Assembly (NCBI GenBank): GCA_963851265.1 | Contig: CAWKNZ010000002.1 | Span: forward strand, 1-64,000 | Direction: 5' to 3' | DNA length: 64,000 nt | Source: an uncultured Gemmatimonadales bacterium | GTDB lineage: Bacteria; Gemmatimonadota; Gemmatimonadetes; Gemmatimonadales; Gemmatimonadaceae | Shown: piece by piece, positions 29,847 through 40,652 of the stretch | How positions within the stretch are numbered: the first letter of the stretch is position 1 | Layout of the letters: each line of letters begins with the position of its first letter | Program-made: the position numbers and the translations under genes | The notes under the pieces: model-generated | Databases searched by the model: none | Seen by the model: only the letters and a program-made list of their open reading frames with translations | What the model was told of the DNA's origin: nothing

Positions 29847-30914
29847 CTATCGACCCTCGACCAAGAACCCCTTCACGCGCTCGATCTCCCGTTCCATCTC
29901 CCTCGCAAACCCCCCGCCCCGCGGCCCGACCCCCACCACGCCCACCTCCACCCCGTCCCTCCCCACGTTCGCCCACCCCACCACCCGCGCGCCCCACAGC
30001 AGCGGCAGCGCGTAGTACCCCCGCTCCCGCCGTTCCGCGGGCACGTACGCCTCGAACCGGTACCCCCACCCCCACAGCCGCTCGAACCGCCCGCGATCCC
30101 ACACGACCGGGTCGAACGGTGCGAGCAGCCGCACCCGCCGTGGCGCTTCTCCTTCGGCCCCTGGCGCCTGCCCCTGCGGCCACACCCACTGCTCGCCCTC
30201 GAACGCCTCGCCTTCCAGCTCGCCGCTGCGCAGCATCCCGCTCACCGTGGCACGCAGCGCCGGCGCCGGCACCTCGCGCCTGACGAACGGCACGTAGCGC
30301 AGGACCCGCCGGAGCGCCGGCTCCGGCAACGGCGCGAACAGCCCCGCGAGGTACCGCACCAGCTCCCGAAGCCGGTCCTCCGGCGAGAGCCCTGCGCCCG
30401 CCGGCGCCGGCGGCGCCACCGCGTACACCCGCACGCCGCGCTCGCGACGCGCCACCCGCAGCAGCCCGCGCGCGTGCAACCCCTCCAGCGCCCGCGTCGT
30501 CGCGCGCGACATCCCTCCCCACGCGTTGCGTTCGCGGAGCGTCCCGAACCGCGCGGCCGCGTCGCGCGGGTGCACCGCCCCCGCCTCGCGCACGTACGCC
30601 AGCACCTCGCCCGCGAGCCCACCGGGCGGCTCCGCTTCGCCCGGGTGCAGCAGCCGCCGCACCGCCGGGGTCACGAACCCGTACGCGTACAGCACGTCTT
30701 CGTCGAGCCCGAGCGCGGGGTACGCGCGTTCCAGGTCGCCCTCGCGGTAGCCCGCGACGCGGTGGCGGAGGATCAGGTCCTGCGCCCGAGCCGGCGCGCG
30801 GATCGGGTCCGCCTGCACGAACCCCATCCGCCCCACCGCCGCGGCCAGCGCCGTGGGGCGGAACAGCGAGCCCCGGACGACGTGCGCGCGCAGCCGGGCG
30901 AGCGTGAGCGGCAT
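29847..30914 (-). CDS. YcaQ/AlkZ-like winged-helix DNA crosslink glycosylase
   Basis: FVQADPI, LLAPFDPVVWDR, YRFEAYVPAERRERGYYALPLL. Confidence 0.88.
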   Translation of the reverse strand: MPLTLARLRAHVVRGSLFRPTALAAAVGRMGFVQADPIRAPARAQDLILRHRVAGYREGDLERAYPALGLDEDVLYAYGFVTPAVRRLLHPGEAEPPGGLAGEVLAYVREAGAVHPRDAAARFGTLRERNAWGGMSRATTRALEGLHARGLLRVARRERGVRVYAVAPPAPAGAGLSPEDRLRELVRYLAGLFAPLPEPALRRVLRYVPFVRREVPAPALRATVSGMLRSGELEGEAFEGEQWVWPQGQAPGAEGEAPRRVRLLAPFDPVVWDRGRFERLWGWGYRFEAYVPAERRERGYYALPLLWGARVVGWANVGRDGVEVGVVGVGPRGGGFAREMEREIERVKGFLVEGR

Positions 30915-30951
30915 CGGCTTGCCTACGGTTCGGCCGGTCCGCAGGCGACTG

Positions 30952-32010
30952 CTACGCGCCCGCGCCCGCCAGCCACGCGTCGTACCGCGCCGCGTACGCC
31001 TGCCGCTCCGCGTCCGGAAGGAACGCCGCGTCGAGCGCGTTCCGGTTGAGGCGCCAGAGCTCGTCCCACGTGAAGCCCTGGCGCGCGAGCAGCAGGTACT
31101 CGTCGACCAGCGTCGTCCCGAACATCGGCGGGTCGTCCGAGTTCACCGTGCACACGAGCCCCGCGTCCACCATCCGCCGCAGCGGGTGCGGCTCGCCCTC
31201 CGCGACGACCTTCAGCCGGTAGTTGCTCGTCGGGCACACCTCGAACGGCACCCCGCGCGCGCGGGCGAGCGCAACTACGGCCGCGTCTTCCAGCACGCGC
31301 ACCCCGTGCCCGATCCGCTCCGCGCCTAACGATTCGAGCGCCCCGCGAACGCTCGCCGCCCCCACCGTTTCGCCCGCGTGTGCCACCACCCGCAGCCCCC
31401 GCCGCCGCGCCTCGGCGTACGTCCCGGTGAACAGCTCCGGCGGGAACCCCACCTCCGGCCCGCCGAGCCCGAGGCCGAGGAACAGGCCGCGTTCGTGCCC
31501 GAGCGTCACGAAGTCGAGCACCGCGCGCTGCGTCTCGGGCACGTGGCGCGCGATGTCGGGGATGAAGCGCACCCGCACCCCGTGCCGCGCCTCGCCCGCC
31601 GCGATCCCGGCCTCCAGCGCGTCGAGCAGCACCTCGGGTGGCAGCGTCTGGAGCATGAGCGACGCGGAGAGGAACGCCTCCGTGTACACCACCCGCTGCT
31701 CCGCCTGCCGCGCGCAGAAGTGCTCCGCCATGAACACCCAGTCCTCGGGCGTGCGCATCGCGCGCGCGGCCGCCGTGTAGACCTCGATGAAGTGGTCGAA
31801 GTCGCGGAACGCGTAGAACGCGCGCCACGCCTCGAGCGTCGCCGCGGGCATCGGCGTCCCGTTGCGCGCGGCCATCGCCCACACCGCGTCGGCGTCCATC
31901 GCACCCTCCAAGTGCACGTGCAGCTCGACCTTGGGCATCTCGCGCAGGCGCCGGGCGAGGTCGGCCGCGACGGGCGCGGGCGGGGGAGCGACGGGAGAAA
32001 GGGAGGTCAT
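30952..32010 (-). CDS. add: Adenosine/adenine deaminase
   Basis: PKVELHVHLEG, AHAGE, RIGHG, CPTSN, NSDDP. Confidence 0.93.
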   Translation of the reverse strand: MTSLSPVAPPPAPVAADLARRLREMPKVELHVHLEGAMDADAVWAMAARNGTPMPAATLEAWRAFYAFRDFDHFIEVYTAAARAMRTPEDWVFMAEHFCARQAEQRVVYTEAFLSASLMLQTLPPEVLLDALEAGIAAGEARHGVRVRFIPDIARHVPETQRAVLDFVTLGHERGLFLGLGLGGPEVGFPPELFTGTYAEARRRGLRVVAHAGETVGAASVRGALESLGAERIGHGVRVLEDAAVVALARARGVPFEVCPTSNYRLKVVAEGEPHPLRRMVDAGLVCTVNSDDPPMFGTTLVDEYLLLARQGFTWDELWRLNRNALDAAFLPDAERQAYAARYDAWLAGAGA

Positions 32011-32108
32011 GGTGCCCTATCGAACAGCTCGCCCGCCGTGACGCAACCGCGACAGGACCGTGGCCCCCGGCCCGCTGCGGTTTGCACCCGGCCGCCCCAC
32101 ACTCCGGT

Positions 32109-32372
32109 ATGCGGCACAGCGAGCACGGCCCGGACGCCGGCGCACCCGTCCCCGAGCGCGTCGTCGAGGAGCTCGACCACCTCCTCGCCGAGCGCGTGCA
32201 CCCCGACGACACCCCCGTCGACGAGGACGCCCGCCGCGCCCGCGCCATCGAGTGGGCCGCCCGCGCCGAGCGGCGACGCCGCTTCGCGGCCGAGCACGGC
32301 GACGGGCCGGGGAATCTGGACGACGTGCCGCCGCTTTCCGCGCCTCCGTCCGCCCCTCAGTCCGCGGCCTGA
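32109..32372 (+). CDS. Small hypothetical protein
   Basis: Plausible codon usage; fills the intergenic gap; no motif recognised. Confidence 0.45.
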   Translation: MRHSEHGPDAGAPVPERVVEELDHLLAERVHPDDTPVDEDARRARAIEWAARAERRRRFAAEHGDGPGNLDDVPPLSAPPSAPQSAA

Positions 32373-34222
32373 CGCACCTCCTGCCGCTGGAGCTGCTCGA
32401 GCACGCCGGTCGCGCGGTCGTCCCCACTCGAGAGCGCCCGCGTCAGCTTGTCCTCCTGCGCCGACGTCAGCTCCGGCGGCAGCGTCGGCACGTCGGGGTC
32501 GACCACGGCGTCGATCACGAACGGCCGGTCCGCCGCGAACGCTCGCCGCCACGCGCCGGCCACGTCCTCCGGCCGCTCCACGCGCACGCCGTCCAGCCCC
32601 AGGAGGCGCGCGAAGTCGGCGTAGGGCAGGTCCGGGAGCGACTGCGTGACCGGGTTGCGCGGGTCACCCTCCATCACGCGCTGCTCCCACGTCACGTAAT
32701 TCAGGTCGCGGTTGTTGAGCACGAGCACGACGAGCCGCGGGTCGGCCCACCGCCTCCAGTGCTTGGCCACGTCGACGAGCGAGTTGAGCCCGCTCATCTG
32801 CATCGCGCCGTCGCCGGCGACCGCGACCACCACGCGGTCCGGGTAGGCGAACTTGGCCGCGACCGCGTACGGCACCGCGGAGCCCATCGTCGCGAGCCCG
32901 CCGGAGAGCGAGAAGTGCATCCCGCGCCGGATCGGCACGTCGCGCGCGAGGAGCAGCGCGCTCGACCCCGAGTCGCCGGTGAGCACGGCCGCGTCGGGCA
33001 GCTGCCGGCCGAGCTCCCACACCACCTGCTGCGGGTTGAGCGGGTTCGCCGGGGCCACCGCGTGCCGCTCGGCCGCCTCGCGCGACTCGCGCACCCACCC
33101 CTCCACCTCGGCCCGCCACGCATCGCGCTCTGCGTTAGGCGTGAGCAGCGGCAGCAGCGCGCGCAGCGTCTCCGCGCTGTCGCCCTGCAGCGCCACCTCG
33201 GCCGGGTAGCGCAGGCCGAGGTTGGCGGCCGAGCTGTCGATCTGGACGCAGCGCGCCTGCCCCTCTTCGGGGAGGAACTCCGCGTACGGGAACGACGTCC
33301 CGATCATGAAGAGCGTGTCGCACCGCTTGAGCATGCGGTTGCTCGCCGGCGTCCCCAGCCACCCCACCGACCCGGTGACGAGCGGGTGGTCGTCCGGCGT
33401 GGCGGCCTTGCCGAGCAGCGCCTTCGCGACGCCCGCGCCTAACACGTCGGCGGCGGCGAGCACCTCGTCGCCCGCGTGCAGCGCGCCCGCGCCGATGAGG
33501 ACCGCGACCCTCCGCCCGGCGGCGAGGACGTCCGCGGCCGCGCGCAGCTCCGCGTCCTGCGCGACCATCCGCGGCGCGGTGTAGCCCGCGCTCGCGTGCT
33601 GGCGCCCGTGCTCGTGCGCCGGGTGCTCGGCGGCCGGCAGGCGCTGCACGTCGTTGGGCAGGATGACCGCCGTGACCGTGCGCTGCGCGAGCGCGATGCG
33701 GAACGCGCGGTCGACCACGTGGCGCAGCTGCTCCGGGTGGACCACCATCTCGCAGTACGCGCTCGCCACGTCCTGCAGCACCAGCTTGAGGTCGATTTCC
33801 TGCTGCTCGCTCCCGCCGAGCCCCGCGACGCCCTGCTGGCCGACGATCGCGACCACGGGCTGGTGGTCGAGCTTCGCATCGTAGAGCCCGGTGAGCGCGT
33901 GCGTCGCGCCCGGCCCGCTCGTCACGACCACGACGCCCGGCTCGGGGGCGCCGCCGGCGCGCGTGAACTTCGCATGCGCCGTGGCCATGAGCGCGGCCAG
34001 TTCCTCGTGCGCGGCCTGCACGAACTCGATCGGCGGCGCGCCCGCCCCGTCCGCCCCGCCGCCGTCCGCGTCCACGCCGCCGCGGCTCTCGGCGGGCGCG
34101 GCGTGCAGGCGGCCGAGTGCGCCCATGATGCCGTTGACCCCGTCGCCTGGGTAGCCGAACACGCGGCGCACGTCCCAGCGCTGGAGGAGGGCGAGCAGGT
34201 GGTCGCTGACGAGCATCGGCAT
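32357..34222 (-). CDS. Thiamine pyrophosphate-requiring enzyme (pyruvate oxidase/dehydrogenase-like)
   Basis: FGYPGDG, HEELAA, TSGPGA, GDGAMQM...NNRDLN TPP motif. Confidence 0.92.
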   Translation of the reverse strand: MPMLVSDHLLALLQRWDVRRVFGYPGDGVNGIMGALGRLHAAPAESRGGVDADGGGADGAGAPPIEFVQAAHEELAALMATAHAKFTRAGGAPEPGVVVVTSGPGATHALTGLYDAKLDHQPVVAIVGQQGVAGLGGSEQQEIDLKLVLQDVASAYCEMVVHPEQLRHVVDRAFRIALAQRTVTAVILPNDVQRLPAAEHPAHEHGRQHASAGYTAPRMVAQDAELRAAADVLAAGRRVAVLIGAGALHAGDEVLAAADVLGAGVAKALLGKAATPDDHPLVTGSVGWLGTPASNRMLKRCDTLFMIGTSFPYAEFLPEEGQARCVQIDSSAANLGLRYPAEVALQGDSAETLRALLPLLTPNAERDAWRAEVEGWVRESREAAERHAVAPANPLNPQQVVWELGRQLPDAAVLTGDSGSSALLLARDVPIRRGMHFSLSGGLATMGSAVPYAVAAKFAYPDRVVVAVAGDGAMQMSGLNSLVDVAKHWRRWADPRLVVLVLNNRDLNYVTWEQRVMEGDPRNPVTQSLPDLPYADFARLLGLDGVRVERPEDVAGAWRRAFAADRPFVIDAVVDPDVPTLPPELTSAQEDKLTRALSSGDDRATGVLEQLQRQEVRQAAD

Positions 34223-34351
34223 GGGCAGGACGGCGGAAGGAACGACGGGTGGACGGCGGATCGGCCGCGCGGGTCGCGGCGGGGCCGCGTCGCGAGGGGC
34301 GTGCCCGCGCCCGCGTCTGGGCCCGGCACCGTCCGTGCTCCCTCGCCCGCC

Positions 34352-35719
34352 GTGACCACCACGACCATCTCCGCCCCCGCGGCGACCGCACCACCGCAGG
34401 GCCCGCCATCGCACGGACCGCCCTCGCAGGGCCCGCCCTCGCGGGTACGCGCGCTGCGCTCGCGCAACTACCGCCTCTTCTTTACCGGACAGAGCGTCTC
34501 GCTCGTCGGCACCTGGGTCACGCGCATCGCCACGAGCTGGCTCGTCTACCAGCTCACCGGGTCGGCGTGGTGGCTCGGCCTCGTCGGGTTCGTCGGCCTC
34601 CTGCCGACGCTCGTCGTCGCGCCGGTGGCCGGCGTGCTCGTCGACCGCTGGGATCGGCGCCGCGTGCTCGTCGCGACGCAGGCGCTCTCGCTGCTGCAGT
34701 CGGTCGTACTCGCCGCGCTCGTCTTCACGCACACGGTGACCGTCGCGCACATCATGTGGCTGCAGCTCGTGCAGGGCCTCGTGAACGCGCTCGACACCCC
34801 GGCGCGGCAGGCGTTCGTGGTGCAGATGGTCGACGACCGCGCCGACCTGCCCAACGCGATCGCGCTCAACTCGTCGATGTTCAACGGCACGCGCGTGATC
34901 GGCCCCGCCATCGGCGGCGCGCTGCTCGCCACCGCGGGCGCGGGCTGGTGCTTCGCGCTCGACGCGGTGAGCTACGTCGCGGTGCTCGCGTCGCTCCTGC
35001 TCATGCACATGCCCGCGCGCACCGCCGCCCCCGCGACGCGCGGCCTCGCCGCGGTCGTCGCCGAACTGCGCGAGGGCGTGCACTACGCGGCCCGCTTCCC
35101 GCCCGTGCGCAACCTCCTGCTGCTCATCGCCCTGCTCGGCGTGTTCGGCATGCCCTACACGACGCTCATGCCCGAGGTCGCGTCCAAGGTGTTGCACGGC
35201 GGTCCGCACCTGCTGGGCTGGCTGATGACCGCCGGCGGCGTCGGCGCGTTGGGCGGCGCGCTCTACCTCGCCGGCCGGCCGAGCGTGGTCGGCCTCGGCC
35301 GCGTGATCGGCGCCGGCGGCATCGCCACCGGGGCGGCGCTCGTCGCGTTCTCGTTCGCGCACACGGCGTGGCTGGCCCTCGCACTCCTCACGCTGGTGGG
35401 GGGCGCCTTCATGGTCACGACGGCGTCGTGCAACACGATCCTGCAGACGATCCTCCCCGAAGCGCTCCGCGGCCGCGTGATGGCCCTCTACACGGTCGCC
35501 TTCCTCGGCACCGCCCCCATCGGCTCCCTCCTCGCCGGAGGACTCGCGGCCCGGATGGGCACGCCCCTCACGATCCTCGCCGGCGCCGTCGGCTGCCTGC
35601 TCGCGGGCGTGTGGTTCGCGCGGCAGCGGAAGGCGTTCTCGGCGCACATCCGGCCGATCTACATCCAGCAGGGGATACTCGAGGTGCAGTCGGGGGAGGA
35701 GCGGGCGGGGCGGGCGTAG
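34352..35719 (+). CDS. MFS transporter
   Basis: RNYRLFFTGQSVSLVGTW, DRWDRRR, PARQAF, LRGRVM; about 12 TM segments. Confidence 0.92.
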   Translation: MTTTTISAPAATAPPQGPPSHGPPSQGPPSRVRALRSRNYRLFFTGQSVSLVGTWVTRIATSWLVYQLTGSAWWLGLVGFVGLLPTLVVAPVAGVLVDRWDRRRVLVATQALSLLQSVVLAALVFTHTVTVAHIMWLQLVQGLVNALDTPARQAFVVQMVDDRADLPNAIALNSSMFNGTRVIGPAIGGALLATAGAGWCFALDAVSYVAVLASLLLMHMPARTAAPATRGLAAVVAELREGVHYAARFPPVRNLLLLIALLGVFGMPYTTLMPEVASKVLHGGPHLLGWLMTAGGVGALGGALYLAGRPSVVGLGRVIGAGGIATGAALVAFSFAHTAWLALALLTLVGGAFMVTTASCNTILQTILPEALRGRVMALYTVAFLGTAPIGSLLAGGLAARMGTPLTILAGAVGCLLAGVWFARQRKAFSAHIRPIYIQQGILEVQSGEERAGRA

Positions 35720-35779
35720 GACCCGGGCCGCGTCGCGTGCCTAACGACCGGCCTCGGACGCGACGCGCGCGGCGGCCCA

Positions 35780-37310
35780 CTACCCGATCTCCACCTCCCC
35801 TCCCCCCACCCGCCGCACCCGGTGCGCGTTCGTCTCCACCACGTACGCCCCGGCCATCGCCCCCGGCTCCGCGACCCCGCGCAACACCGTCTCCACCCGC
35901 CTCGTCGCCGGGTCCAGCGCCTTCACCGCGTCGTTGTACCCGTCGGCCACGAGCAGTCGTCCGCCCTCCCACGCCAGCCCCGCCGGGTGCTGCAGGCGGA
36001 CCTCGTCGCCGACCCCGTCGCGGTCTCCGAAGTCGAACAGCCCCGTCCCCACCAGCGTCCGCACGCCGTCGTCCTGGCCGCCCTCGAGCGCGGCGCGGGT
36101 CGTCTCGCGCACCGCGCTCGCCTCCGCGTCTGCCCACCACACCCGGACGCCGTCCGACGCCAGCGCCACCGGCTGCGCGAGGAGCGCGTCGAGCGCCGGC
36201 GTGCCCGGCGGCGCGTCGACCAACCCTTCTCCCCTCCCCCCGACGACCGGCCGCGCGGTCCCGTCGCCGCCGCGCGGGTCCACGCGCCAGATCTCGTGCG
36301 TGCCCGCCATCGCGACGAGCAGCGTGCCATCGTCGAACGCCAGGAGCCCCCAGGGCGAGGCCATCGCGCCCGCGGCGCGATCTGCTGCCGTCCGCACGCG
36401 AACGCCGGTGCCCGCGACCACGCGCGTCGCGCCCGTGGTGAGGTTCACGGCGCGCACCCGGTGGGTGCCCGTGTCGGCCACGTACAGCGTCGCCGGACCC
36501 GCGCCGCGCGCCGACGCGTCGGACGCGTCGGGCGCGAACGCCAACCCCTGCGGCCGCACGAACGGGTCGCCCGCGCCGTCGTACTCGCGGTCGACCGCGA
36601 GGCGGCGCCCGCCGTCCGTTAGGCGCCCCACGAGCAGCCGCGCGCCCGGCCCGCCGTCGCCGTTGCTCGACACCGCCATGCGCCGCACCCCGCGCGCGTC
36701 GGGCGCGGACACCGCGAGCCCGCCCGGGTAGCGCAACGGCGACGCCGCGGCGCCGACCCCCGCCGCGTGGCGCGGGCTTGCGCCGCGGCGTGCTGCCCGC
36801 GCGCGGCGCGCGGTCGAGCGTGCCCGCGGCGTCGGCCGCCGCGACCACGTCGGCCACGAGGGCGGTGAGCGCCGCGAGGCGCGGCTCGCCCGCCTGCTGC
36901 CACACCACGTAGCCGCGCGGGTCGACCACCGCGAGCGTCGGCCAGCCGCGCGCGGCCCACGCCCGCCACAGGCGGAACTGCCGATCGTTGACGATCGGGT
37001 GGTGGCCGGCGCCGAGCCGTTGGGCCGCGTGCGCGATGCGGTCCGTGTCGCGTTCCGCGATGAACTTGCCGCTGTGCACGCCGACCACGACGAGCTCGCG
37101 CGCAAAGCGCGCCTCGAGCGCGGCGAGCGTCGCGATCACGTGCTGGCAGTTGATGCACCCGTAGGTCCACAGGTCGACCACCACCACCTTGCCGCGCAGG
37201 TCGGCGAGCGTGAGCGGCGCCGGCGTGAACAGCCAGTCGAGCCCTGGTGGGAAGTCGGGCGCGCGCACGGCGGCTCGGCGGACGTCGGGAGTTGGGTGCG
37301 AATCGGTCAT
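35780..37310 (-). pseudogene. Thioredoxin-like + NHL-repeat protein split by a frameshift
   Basis: WTYGCINC domain in one frame; YVADTGTHRV, GTGLFDFGDRDG, RLQHP in another; frame switch at about 36750-36810. Confidence 0.75.
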
Positions 37311-37354
37311 CGGCGGCGGGACGGTGCGGTCACGCGCACGATACCTTGTCGCGC

Positions 37355-38479
37355 GTGACCGCACCGTCCGAGCAGGACCCCGCGCGCGCACCCGCGTCTT
37401 CCGAGCCCGCGTCTTCCGCGGCGGCGTTTTCCAAGCCGGCGTCCGCACTCCCGCCTCACCACAAGCCCGGCGGCGGGTTCGTGAACCCGTGGCCGAGCGG
37501 GCGACGCGCCGGTGCGGCCGCGCTCGCGCGCTGGCTCGTCGTCGAGCGCGTGGCGCACCGGCGTGCCGTCGACCCCGACCCGCGCGTGGCGTTCCCGCGG
37601 GTGGCGAGCGCCTACGCGACGCCGCGCGCATCCGCCGACGCGATCACGGCGACGTGGGTCGGGCACGCGTCGTTCCTGGTGCAGCTCGCGGGGCAGAACG
37701 TGCTGCTCGACCCGGTGTGGGGAGACCGCGCGTCGCCGCTGCCGTTCGCGGGGCCCAAGCGCTTCACGCCGCCGGGCGTCGCGTTCGACGCCCTGCCCCC
37801 GGTCGACCTCGTCGTGCTCTCGCACGACCACTACGACCACCTCGACGCGCCCACCGTGCGCCGGCTCGCGGCCCGCGACCCGGGCGCGCGCTGGCTCACG
37901 CCGCTCGGCGTCGGCGCACGGCTGCACGCGTTAGGCGTGCCGGCCGACGCGGTGGCGGAGTGCGACTGGTGGGGCGCGGCCGACGCCGGGCCCGTGTCGG
38001 CGACGTGCGTGCCCGCGCAGCACTTCTCCGGGCGCGGCCTGGGCGACCGGGACCGCACGCTCTGGTGCGGCTGGGTGCTGCGCGCGCGCGCCGGCCCCGA
38101 CGGGGCCGCGGGGCGGGCGGTGTACTTCGCCGGCGACAGCGGGCTGCACCCCGACTTCGCGGAGGTCACGCGGCGGTGCGGCCCGGTCGCGCTCGCGCTG
38201 CTTCCGGTGGGCGCGTACGCGCCGCGCTGGTTCATGCGCCCCGTGCACTGCGACCCCGACGACGCGCTCGCCGCGTACGACGCGCTGCGCGCGGGGCAGC
38301 GCGCGTCGCACCCCGGCGCGCCCGACCCCGTGTTCGGCGCGACGCACTTCGGCGCGTTCAAGCTCACCGACGAGCCGACCGACGAGCCGCCGCGGCGCAC
38401 GCGCGAGGCCTGGGCCGCGTCCGGGCGCGACCCGTCGCGGCTGTGGGTGCCGCTGCACGGCGAAACGCGGGTGGTCTAA
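37355..38479 (+). CDS. MBL-fold metallohydrolase (NAPE-PLD-like)
   Basis: WVGHAS, SHDHYDHLD, PAQHFSGR, YFAGDSG, LPVGAYAPRWFM. Confidence 0.92.
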   Translation: MTAPSEQDPARAPASSEPASSAAAFSKPASALPPHHKPGGGFVNPWPSGRRAGAAALARWLVVERVAHRRAVDPDPRVAFPRVASAYATPRASADAITATWVGHASFLVQLAGQNVLLDPVWGDRASPLPFAGPKRFTPPGVAFDALPPVDLVVLSHDHYDHLDAPTVRRLAARDPGARWLTPLGVGARLHALGVPADAVAECDWWGAADAGPVSATCVPAQHFSGRGLGDRDRTLWCGWVLRARAGPDGAAGRAVYFAGDSGLHPDFAEVTRRCGPVALALLPVGAYAPRWFMRPVHCDPDDALAAYDALRAGQRASHPGAPDPVFGATHFGAFKLTDEPTDEPPRRTREAWAASGRDPSRLWVPLHGETRVV

Positions 38480-38634
38480 CAGTCGTCTAACAGCTGCGGG
38501 GGCGCGGGCGGGAGGCGATTTCCATCGACTCCGGACGAAACCGCAGCTATTTTTCGCGCGTTGGGCGCGGAACCCGTCGTCTGCGCCTAATTCTTGCGTA
38601 AGGCGCCGGCACACCTCCCACAGGAGACCATCAC

Positions 38635-39183
38635 ATGGCGACTCGTTCCAAAGCTTCGGGCGACACCACGTCGGGTTCGCGTCCGCGGAGCAGCTCGGGC
38701 AAGAACGGCACGTCGAAGGGTGGCGCCTCGGCGGCGTCGAAGGGCACCAAGGCGGGCGCGAAGCCCGCGGCGCGCAGCGGCGCGGCGGCGAGCAAGGCGC
38801 GCGGCGCGTCGTCGACCGCGACCCCCGCTCGGGCGAACACGAAGGCGGCGGCCAAGGTCGGGGCCGCGAAGCGCACCAAGTCCGCCGCGAAGCCGGCGAC
38901 GACGGCCAAGCGCGCGACGGCCAAGCGCGCGGCGGCGAAGCCCGCGACCACCAAGGCGTCGGGTGCGAAGACGTCGGGCACGAAGGCGGCTGGTCCCAAG
39001 ACGTCGGGCCCCCGCACGGCGGCGAAGCGCGCGGGCGCGACGCGCACCACCGCGAAGCGTGCGACGGCGAAGCGCGCCACCACCAAGCGCGCCACCGCGA
39101 AGCGCGCAACGGCCACGCGCCCCGCGGCCAAGCGCAGCCCGTCGCGCTCGGCCAAGAAGCCGGCCGCGTCGTCGCAGTCATGA
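38635..39183 (+). CDS. Histone H1-like basic protein
   Basis: K/R/A/T/S/G-rich, TAKRA repeats, RBS AGGAG, AAG-dominated codons. Confidence 0.8.
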   Translation: MATRSKASGDTTSGSRPRSSSGKNGTSKGGASAASKGTKAGAKPAARSGAAASKARGASSTATPARANTKAAAKVGAAKRTKSAAKPATTAKRATAKRAAAKPATTKASGAKTSGTKAAGPKTSGPRTAAKRAGATRTTAKRATAKRATTKRATAKRATATRPAAKRSPSRSAKKPAASSQS

Positions 39184-39250
39184 CGCCGGGCGGGGCCCGG
39201 GCCTAACCCGCCCGGGCCCCGCCGCCCCGGGCCGCCGGCCCGGCCCGCGC

Positions 39251-40636
39251 ATGTCGCAACCCGAATCGCGCCCCGCGGCGCGGCCCGCGCCGCGCCTCGC
39301 CGTCCCCGAACTCGCCCTCGTCCTCCTCGTCGGCACCGCGGGCAGCGGCAAGAGCACCTTCGCGCGCACCCACTTCGGCCCGTACGAGACCGTCTCGTCC
39401 GACGCCTGCCGCGGCGCGGTCTCCAACGACCCCAACGACCAGACGAGCACGGCCGACGCGTTCGCCCTGCTCCACCACGTCGTCGCCCTCCGGCTCGCGC
39501 GCGGGCTGCTCACCGTCGTCGACGCGACTAACGTCCAGCCCGACGCGCGCCGACCGCTCCTCGCGCTCGCGCGGCGCCACCACACGCCCGCCGTGGCCGT
39601 CGTGCTCGACCTTCCCGAACGCGTCTGCCAGGCGCGCAACGCCGAGCGCGCCGACCGCCAGGTGGGTCCGCACGTCGTCGGCAACCAGCACGCCCAACTC
39701 CGCCGCTCCCTGCCCGGCCTGCCGCGCGAGGGCTTCGCCGCCGTCTACGTGCTCCACGCGGAGGCCGACGTCGACGGCGCGGTCATCGTGCGGCAGCCGC
39801 TCGCGAGCAACCGCACCGGCGACCACGGCCCGTTCGACATCATCGGCGACGTGCACGGCTGCGCCGACGAGCTCGAAGCCCTGCTCGCCGGACTCGGCTA
39901 CGCGCCCGACGCCGCGCCCGACGCCGACGGCGTGCGCGCCTGGCGCCACCCCGACGCGCGCACGGCCGTGTTCCTCGGCGACCTCGCCGACCGCGGCCCG
40001 CGCGTGCCCGACGTGCTCCGCACCGCGATGGGCATGGTCGCCGCCCGCACCGCGCTCGCCGTGCCGGGCAACCACGACGTGAAACTCCTCAAGGCCTTAC
40101 GCGGACAGACGGTGCAGCGGACGCACGGCCTCGCGCAGTCGCTCGAGCAGCTCGACGCCACGCCGCCCACCCTGCGCGCGCGCATCGCCGAGTTCCTCGA
40201 CGCGCTGCCGAGCCACTACGTGCTCGACGGCGGCCGGCTCGTCGTCGCGCACGCCGGTCTCACGGCGGAGCTGCAGGGGCGCAGCTCGGGCAAGGTGCGC
40301 GCGTTCGCGCTCTACGGGCAGACCACGGGCGAGAGCGACGAGTTCGGGCTCCCCGTCCGCTACCCGTGGGCGGCGGAGTATCGCGGGCGCGCGGCCGTGG
40401 TGTACGGCCACACCCCCGTCGCCGCCCCCGCGTGGGTCAACGAAACCATCGACATCGACACCGGGTGCGTGTTCGGCGGGCGCCTCACCGCGCTCCGCTG
40501 GCCCGAGCGCGAACTCGTCTCGGTGCCGGCGGCGCGCCAGTACGCCGAGCCGCGTCGGCCGTTCCTGCCCGCCGCCGACCGCGCCGCCAAAGACGACGGC
40601 CCGGCGTCCGAGGCGGACGCCGGGCCGAGCGCCTAA
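39251..40636 (+). CDS. Polynucleotide kinase-phosphatase (Pnkp kinase + metallophosphatase domains, no ligase domain)
   Basis: GTAGSGKST, VDATNVQ, DIIGDVHGC, GDLADRGP, GNHD, YGHTP, IDTGCVFGG. Confidence 0.9.
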   Translation: MSQPESRPAARPAPRLAVPELALVLLVGTAGSGKSTFARTHFGPYETVSSDACRGAVSNDPNDQTSTADAFALLHHVVALRLARGLLTVVDATNVQPDARRPLLALARRHHTPAVAVVLDLPERVCQARNAERADRQVGPHVVGNQHAQLRRSLPGLPREGFAAVYVLHAEADVDGAVIVRQPLASNRTGDHGPFDIIGDVHGCADELEALLAGLGYAPDAAPDADGVRAWRHPDARTAVFLGDLADRGPRVPDVLRTAMGMVAARTALAVPGNHDVKLLKALRGQTVQRTHGLAQSLEQLDATPPTLRARIAEFLDALPSHYVLDGGRLVVAHAGLTAELQGRSSGKVRAFALYGQTTGESDEFGLPVRYPWAAEYRGRAAVVYGHTPVAAPAWVNETIDIDTGCVFGGRLTALRWPERELVSVPAARQYAEPRRPFLPAADRAAKDDGPASEADAGPSA

Positions 40637-40652
40637 CGCGAGGCGGGCGGGG

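Noticed and set aside
34223..35647. N-terminal 475 aa of the 1096-aa ORF
   Set aside because: Antisense to the MFS gene; TPP-enzyme homology starts at 34222
38594..40636. Apparent 680-aa Arg-rich extension fused to Pnkp
   Set aside because: The 5' part is an alternative frame of the H1-like gene; Pnkp homology begins at ATG 39251
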